This document shows, piece after piece, positions 58,640 to 64,000 of a DNA stretch of 64,000 nucleotides. The notes under the pieces are model-generated. The model was not told the DNA's origin and searched no databases. It saw only the letters and a list, made by a program, of their open reading frames with translations. A program made the position numbers and the translations under genes. The DNA lies in contig CAWELD010000010.1 in assembly GCA_963809895.1 (NCBI GenBank), positions 992,001 through 1,056,000 on the forward strand, read 5' to 3'. This stretch comes from an uncultured Gemmatimonadales bacterium (GTDB lineage Bacteria; Gemmatimonadota; Gemmatimonadetes; Longimicrobiales; Gaopeijiaceae). Each line of letters begins with the position of its first letter. The stretch's first letter is position 1.

Positions 58640-59158
58640 TCAGCGCTCGTGACGAAAGACGGTGATGGCAGAATCTCCGACCAGATGGCGCTTGCCCCGA
58701 CCCGGTAGCGGGTGTTCCGCGCCGGTCTCCACCGTCAGCAACCCCGCCCAGGGCACCTCGCGCCAGAGCCGGACGATCCGGTCCGAAAGGCGCGAGGTGT
58801 AGGGTGGATCGCAGAGACAGAGATCGTACGCGCCGGGCTCCAGGCGCTCGATGAACGAGAGCGCGTCCATGCGGAAGATGCGGGTGCGCTCCTGGACGCG
58901 GAGCTTCGCCACGTTGGCCTTGAGCGCGTGCAGCGCCCCCGGCCCGTTCTCCACGAAATCGACGGACGCCGCTCCGCGCGAGAGGGCCTCCAGGCCCAGG
59001 GCTCCCGTGCCGGCGAAGAGCTCCAGGACGCGGGCGCCCTTGAGCTCCTTCTCCACCAGCGACATCCAGGCATCCCGCACGGGCTCGGCCGTGGGGCGCA
59101 CGCGCCCCCCGGGGGACACGAGGTCGGTACCGGCCCAGCGGCCGCGAACGATGCGCAT
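58640..59158 (-). CDS. rsmD: 16S rRNA m2G966 methyltransferase
   Basis: MRIVRG, RPT, LFAGTGALGLEALSRGA, DPPY. Confidence 0.9.
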   Translation of the reverse strand: MRIVRGRWAGTDLVSPGGRVRPTAEPVRDAWMSLVEKELKGARVLELFAGTGALGLEALSRGAASVDFVENGPGALHALKANVAKLRVQERTRIFRMDALSFIERLEPGAYDLCLCDPPYTSRLSDRIVRLWREVPWAGLLTVETGAEHPLPGRGKRHLVGDSAITVFRHER

Positions 59159-59320
59159 GGCAGGCAGTTCCTGGGGGGCGGAGCGGTGAGCCTTCCTCTT
59201 CAACGCTACCACCGGCCGGCGGCGACTCGCCATTCTCGCGTTTAACGCTCGCCGGGGCTCGGGCCTCCCACACTCGAACAGGCGACGACGCCACGGTACT
59301 CCCTCCCACCAGGAGGCCCA

Positions 59321-60592
59321 ATGGGCATCCGGCGACGCACTCCGTTCCTGCAGACACTCCTCATGGGTCTGGCGCCGGTGGCGTTGGGGGCCTGCGCCGA
59401 TGGCGATTCCCCCGCCACGATCGGGGTGGACCTCCCGGATCCGGCCGCGGGCGCCGAGGCCTTCACCACGGCGTGCGCGGAGTGCCATGGGAGTGGCGAC
59501 GGCTTCGATCTGGCCCTCTTCGGATTCGCGGACACGACCATCGTGCGCCGGGCCGTCGCTCACGTGGACACCGCGACGGCGCTGGACATCGTGGCGCACG
59601 TGAGGAGCCTCGGCGTGGCGTCCATGGGCGAGGAGCGGCGGCCCTTCCAGCCCGCGGTCCAGCCGGTAGCCGACGACGAAGCCTTCGCCGTGGCGCTCTT
59701 CGGAGACGACGCCTGGCCGGTGATGGACGAAGGCACCCTGAGCGACATCGACCCGAGGGTGGTCGCGACGGCGGTGGCCTTCCCGCGCTGGTCCGACGAG
59801 GACAGCAACCTCGATTGGATGCCCGATGCGCCGCTACCTCCCGATCTGCTCGATGCTCGGGGTGGCATGGCCCGGGCCACGCTGGCGGGCTATTACGCGG
59901 CCCCCACCGATGACAACCTGGCCCGGACCGTCGGGTTGTTGCGCGCCCTGTCCAGAGACCCCGCCGGTGCCGGCGCCGCTTGTCGCCTGGACGAGGAGCG
60001 CCGGCTCGCGGATCCCGAAGCGTGTTTCGAGATCGACCGTTGGATCGCGGCCCTGGCGGCTCAGCACATGCTCCGCAACGGGCGTGAGCTCCAGGGGATG
60101 CCCGTCGTACGCGACGCCTTCTGGGACGTGGGCATGGCGGCGCGCCGGTCGCTGGTGTCGAACCTCGATCCGGTGGACAACGCCGAGGCCAACTGGGGCG
60201 TGTGGATGTACCTGGGGTGGACGTTCGAGCCGGGCCGGCACGCGTCGGTCTACACGGCGTCGGCGCTGACCAGGGCGGGCCTGCCTCGGCACGCGACCTT
60301 CGTAGCGCTCCGCAGTCTGGTGGCCCGTCCCCCTGGGACACCCATGCCCTTCCAGGACCTGCGCGTCGCGGCGTCGAGCGCGCCGGACCGCTGGCTGGCG
60401 ACAGCCTACGAGACCGGACTCTCGGCGCTGGAGGCTCGGGAGCGACGCGGCATGGGACCCGATGCTCCCGAGGCGCGGGCCGACGCGGCGGATGCCCTGG
60501 AGGGAGCCGCGGCCGTTCTCCGAAGGCGGCTGGGCGTCGACGCCTCGCGAACGCTGGTGGAGCGGACCCTGTCGCTGGTCAACGCGCTGTAG
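59321..60592 (+). CDS. Hypothetical lipoprotein with an N-terminal c-type heme motif
   Basis: LGAC lipobox; CAECH (CxxCH); GGAGG RBS. Confidence 0.75.
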   Translation: MGIRRRTPFLQTLLMGLAPVALGACADGDSPATIGVDLPDPAAGAEAFTTACAECHGSGDGFDLALFGFADTTIVRRAVAHVDTATALDIVAHVRSLGVASMGEERRPFQPAVQPVADDEAFAVALFGDDAWPVMDEGTLSDIDPRVVATAVAFPRWSDEDSNLDWMPDAPLPPDLLDARGGMARATLAGYYAAPTDDNLARTVGLLRALSRDPAGAGAACRLDEERRLADPEACFEIDRWIAALAAQHMLRNGRELQGMPVVRDAFWDVGMAARRSLVSNLDPVDNAEANWGVWMYLGWTFEPGRHASVYTASALTRAGLPRHATFVALRSLVARPPGTPMPFQDLRVAASSAPDRWLATAYETGLSALEARERRGMGPDAPEARADAADALEGAAAVLRRRLGVDASRTLVERTLSLVNAL

Positions 60593-63197
60593 CACCCGCG
60601 CCCCGGCCGGTGCCGCCACCCTCCGGAACGGCACCGGTATCGGGAGGGGTCGTGTCGGGACGCATGCGAAGACCCGCCGAATCGGGCATGGGGGCCGGCA
60701 CGCTGTCGGTGCGCACCGGGCCGGGCCCGCCTCCGTTCAACGGCAGGCGCACCCGGGTGCGCACCCGGGCCTCGTCGCTGCCCCGGAGGGCGTCGGGCAT
60801 GAGGCCGGCGGGTCGTTGGAACGGTTCCCGCCCGATCCCGGGCAGGAGCCAGGGCCGCAGAAGCCTCTCGATCACCGTGAGCTCGACGGGGGTCGCGCCG
60901 GCGCCGGTGGTGATTCCCACCGCCACCGTGTCGCCCGGGGTGCCCCAGTGCAGGAGGGTGCGCACCGGCCCGCCCGCCGAGTCCGCCGGCGGAGGCACGG
61001 GCACGCCGTTCACCGACACGAACGCGGCCTGGCTGCCTTCCTCGAGCTCCAGGACGAGCACTTCCGCGCCGATTCCCGAGGCCACCCCCACCACCAGTTC
61101 GCCCACCGAAGCCGCGCTGTCGGTACGGGAGACGATGGCCGGGGGGGGCGCCTGTAGCGCGGGGCCGGGGCCGGTGTGGAAGCGGCCGCGCAGGAGGAAG
61201 CCCGCAAGCGAATCCTGCTGCACCAGCTCTCCCACCGCGCTCTGGGCCCATTCCAGGCCCGGATCACGGGATGCCCAGCGGGCCGTGCCCGCTTCCCGGT
61301 CCGCCACGTACAGCAGCGTGGTGGCCTGAGGTCGGGAGGGGCTGGGGCCCGCGCGCAGGATGCCGGTGGCCACGGCTCCGCCGGCCACGACCAGCGCGAG
61401 CACGGGCGCCCACCATCGGTTCGGCTCGTCGAGGCTGTCCAGTGCGGGGAGCAGCATCAGCAGGGTGAGCGCGGACAGGGCGCCCACGGCGGCGGCGACC
61501 TGGAATCCGAAGCCTCGCCACACCAGCGCCGTCAGGGGGACCGTCAGGACCATCACCGGCACCGCGAGCAGGAGGGTGAGCACCCACACTGCCAGCGGGT
61601 GCTTGCGGCGCGGGCGGGGCACGGCCACCAGCGCCGTGGCCAGGAGCGCCGCCGCCAGCGGAACCTGGAGGTTGACGGCGCCCAGGGGCACGGTCCAGGT
61701 GAGGGCCACGGTGGCGGCCAGCGGAACCACCAGGGCCCCGACCAGCAACCCACCCAGAGACATGCGGCGGCGGGCGAGGGTGAACAGCGACAGGACCAAC
61801 ACCAGGGCCACGGCCACGACCCCCAGCACATAGGGTCCCTCGCCGTAGAACGAGCCGGCGACCAGCGTGCCGTACTCGGCGTGCCGGGGACGGAGCCACT
61901 GGAACAGTCCCCACCCCGCGCCGGCGGCTCCCGCCACGGCCACGAGCCCGAGAACGAGCCCCGTGACCATCTCGCGCCAGGCCGCGCCTCGCGCCCGGGC
62001 CAGCGCGGCCACGGCGAGCAGCAGCACGGCCAGCCCCACGGTGATGGGAAGCGACCATCCGCCGGGGTAGTCCACCAGGCCCAGGAACGGCACCGTGAAG
62101 TAGGCTCGATCCGGTGCGTCGACGTCGGACAGGTCGTCGTCGCCCAGGGCCCGCGTCAGAGCCAGCACCTGCAAGCCGTGGTGTTCCAGCGTGCCCTCGC
62201 TGACGTTCTCGGGCACGTCGGTGGCCTGATGGTAGATCTCGGGGCTGCCGATGGCGGCGAAGTTGAGTCCCTGCACACCGGACTCCCTCAGCGGCGTGAA
62301 GTCCGTGTCGTTCGGCATACGCCGATACAGGGCCACCGTCAGGGAGTTGGCGAAGGGACGGGGATCGGCGCCGGCCAGCGCCTGGATGATCCACCCGTTG
62401 TCGGCGCCGGTCTCGAACATGATGGACGGGCCCGATCCCCCGCGCATCTCGACGGACAACGCGACGGAGACATCGGCCAGCCAGGGGTCGTCCCGTACGA
62501 AGGCCCGCGATCCGAGCAGGCCCAGCTCCTCGCCGTCGGTGATCAGGATGATCAGGTCGTTCCGGAGCGGCGGACCGGCCTGCATGGCCCGCAGCGTTTC
62601 CAGGATGGTGGCCACGCCCATGCCGTCGTCGCCGGCGCCGTGGGACAGCGGCACGGCGTCGTAGTGGGCCGTCAGCAGGACGGCACCGGTGGACGACGTG
62701 CCTGGCACCCGGGCCACGATGTCGTGCACCACCGCCGAGTGGACGGCGCCCCCCCGACGCACCACCGAGGTGGCGGAGTCGACCCGGGGATCGAGGCCCA
62801 GGGTGCGCAGGCGATCCACGATGAGCTCGCGCACGCGAGCGTTCTCCGGCGAGCCCGTGGGGTGGGGCGCCCGGGCGATCTCCACCAGCTCGGCCATGGC
62901 GCGTCCCGACGAGAACACCGAGTCGGGAGCGTTGGCCGCCACCGGGGCCGGCACCGCCCGGCCCGGGCTCGACATCCACGCGGCTACCAACAGGACGACC
63001 AGCGTCACGGCTCCACGCCACGGGCTCCGCGCTTCCGGGGGAGGGGCCGCGGGCGCGGGTCGAGGGGGCTCGGACCCGGGAGGCGGCGTGGCCTCGCCGG
63101 AGGCCTCGTCGGCCCCGGGCTCCTCTTCGGAGAGCCCGGCGATTCCCAACTCCTCGTCGGATGGAAGCTCGGGAATCTTGTAGTCGTCGCTGCTCAT
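60579..63197 (-). CDS. M28 family membrane metallopeptidase (ERMP1-like)
   Basis: AHYD, GAGDD, DGEELGLLG, NDTDF, YHQATD, then multiple TM segments. Confidence 0.9.
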   Translation of the reverse strand: MSSDDYKIPELPSDEELGIAGLSEEEPGADEASGEATPPPGSEPPRPAPAAPPPEARSPWRGAVTLVVLLVAAWMSSPGRAVPAPVAANAPDSVFSSGRAMAELVEIARAPHPTGSPENARVRELIVDRLRTLGLDPRVDSATSVVRRGGAVHSAVVHDIVARVPGTSSTGAVLLTAHYDAVPLSHGAGDDGMGVATILETLRAMQAGPPLRNDLIILITDGEELGLLGSRAFVRDDPWLADVSVALSVEMRGGSGPSIMFETGADNGWIIQALAGADPRPFANSLTVALYRRMPNDTDFTPLRESGVQGLNFAAIGSPEIYHQATDVPENVSEGTLEHHGLQVLALTRALGDDDLSDVDAPDRAYFTVPFLGLVDYPGGWSLPITVGLAVLLLAVAALARARGAAWREMVTGLVLGLVAVAGAAGAGWGLFQWLRPRHAEYGTLVAGSFYGEGPYVLGVVAVALVLVLSLFTLARRRMSLGGLLVGALVVPLAATVALTWTVPLGAVNLQVPLAAALLATALVAVPRPRRKHPLAVWVLTLLLAVPVMVLTVPLTALVWRGFGFQVAAAVGALSALTLLMLLPALDSLDEPNRWWAPVLALVVAGGAVATGILRAGPSPSRPQATTLLYVADREAGTARWASRDPGLEWAQSAVGELVQQDSLAGFLLRGRFHTGPGPALQAPPPAIVSRTDSAASVGELVVGVASGIGAEVLVLELEEGSQAAFVSVNGVPVPPPADSAGGPVRTLLHWGTPGDTVAVGITTGAGATPVELTVIERLLRPWLLPGIGREPFQRPAGLMPDALRGSDEARVRTRVRLPLNGGGPGPVRTDSVPAPMPDSAGLRMRPDTTPPDTGAVPEGGGTGRGAGATAR

Positions 63198-63430
63198 GGC
63201 CTGGGGTGGTGGCGGGGCGAGAGGGTCGGCACAGGTCCCTACGGATCATCCATGCGAATGGTGCCGACGCCGGGGTCGGGACGCCAGGGGAGCGGCCTCC
63301 TCTGCGGGCGACCTTCGGCCCGCCGTTCCGTCCGAGTCCGCGCCGTCGCCCGACCGCCTTTGACAATTGAGGTCGGTATGCGCGTATTGGGGGGTCCTCC
63401 AGACGTGGTTTCTTCGCAACTCCCGGTGGT

Positions 63431-64000
63431 ATGCGCCCCTTTCGCACACTCGTGGTCGTCGCCTGGACGGCGCTCCTGCTTCAACTCGCCGCGGGCGAGC
63501 TGGAGGCGTCGTCCGCCCCGCGACTCGTGGCCGGATCCGACACCCTGGCCGCACTCCGCATCGATCCGGACCTCGAGGGTGGGGTCCACGTCGACGGCTT
63601 GCTGTCGGAGCCCTTCTGGCAACGGGCGGCGGTGATCGACGGCTTCATGCAGAGGGAGCCCGAGGAAGGGGTGCCGGCCACGGAGACCACCGAGGTGCGA
63701 GTGGTCTACGACGACGATGCCCTCTATGTGGGGATCGTCGCCCGTGACTCGGAGCCCCAACGCATCGTCGCTCGATTGCTCCAGCGGGACCGCATCCTGT
63801 CCCGCGGAGGGTTCGGGGGATTCAGCTTCGCCGGCGACGACGCCGTGGCTCTTCTCCTCGATCCCTTCCACGATCACCGCAACGGCGTCGTGCTGGCCAC
63901 CAATCCCAACGGAGCCCAGTACGATGCCCTGGTCTCCGACGAGGGCTCGGAGATCAACACCGACTGGCGGGGGGTGTGGGAGGTGCGGGCGCAGCGCATC
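63431..64000 (+). CDS. CBM9/DUF5916-type secreted protein, N-terminal part; runs off the window edge
   Basis: Translated by hand: MRPFRTLVVVAW...VDGLLSEPFW..F.QREP..TEVRVVYDDDALY..LDPFHDHRNG..TNPNG. Confidence 0.85.
   Translation, partial: MRPFRTLVVVAWTALLLQLAAGELEASSAPRLVAGSDTLAALRIDPDLEGGVHVDGLLSEPFWQRAAVIDGFMQREPEEGVPATETTEVRVVYDDDALYVGIVARDSEPQRIVARLLQRDRILSRGGFGGFSFAGDDAVALLLDPFHDHRNGVVLATNPNGAQYDALVSDEGSEINTDWRGVWEVRAQRI

Noticed and set aside
1..64000. CRISPR array, tRNA, rRNA, prophage, integrase or recognised defence genes
   Set aside because: None seen by eye; a dedicated scan was not possible.

Overview
A 64-kb, very GC-rich bacterial chromosomal window. Its gene content (ADOP permease/PadR pairs, VPS10/BNR proteins, DUF5916, EcxA-like metalloprotease) is typical of Gemmatimonadota or Acidobacteriota; the taxon is my inference. 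It carries: five ADOP-type orphan permeases and four PadR regulators; a SAM-I riboswitch-controlled hom-metX-metB operon; a csoR-copZ-copA copper locus; an eight-gene, tightly coupled putative sulfur-relay operon (exported rhodanese, two YeeE/YedE halves, membrane rhodanese, Moco-sulfurase-like PLP enzyme, NatAB-like ABC exporter with a CPBP protease fusion); and assorted secreted and housekeeping genes. The most unusual element is a 5.3-kb insertion (15654-20983) sitting in the TAG stop codon of an ADOP gene. Two identical 459-bp internally deleted IS630 copies flank a lower-GC cargo, followed by an IS1182. The cargo is an ECF sigma factor broken at a G11 tract, plus an operon of two paralogous secreted 7-Cys small proteins on either side of an exported beta-propeller. 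Several genes have single-base frameshifts in G runs, which points to long-read sequencing errors. All family calls come from motif recognition by eye; no database searches were run.
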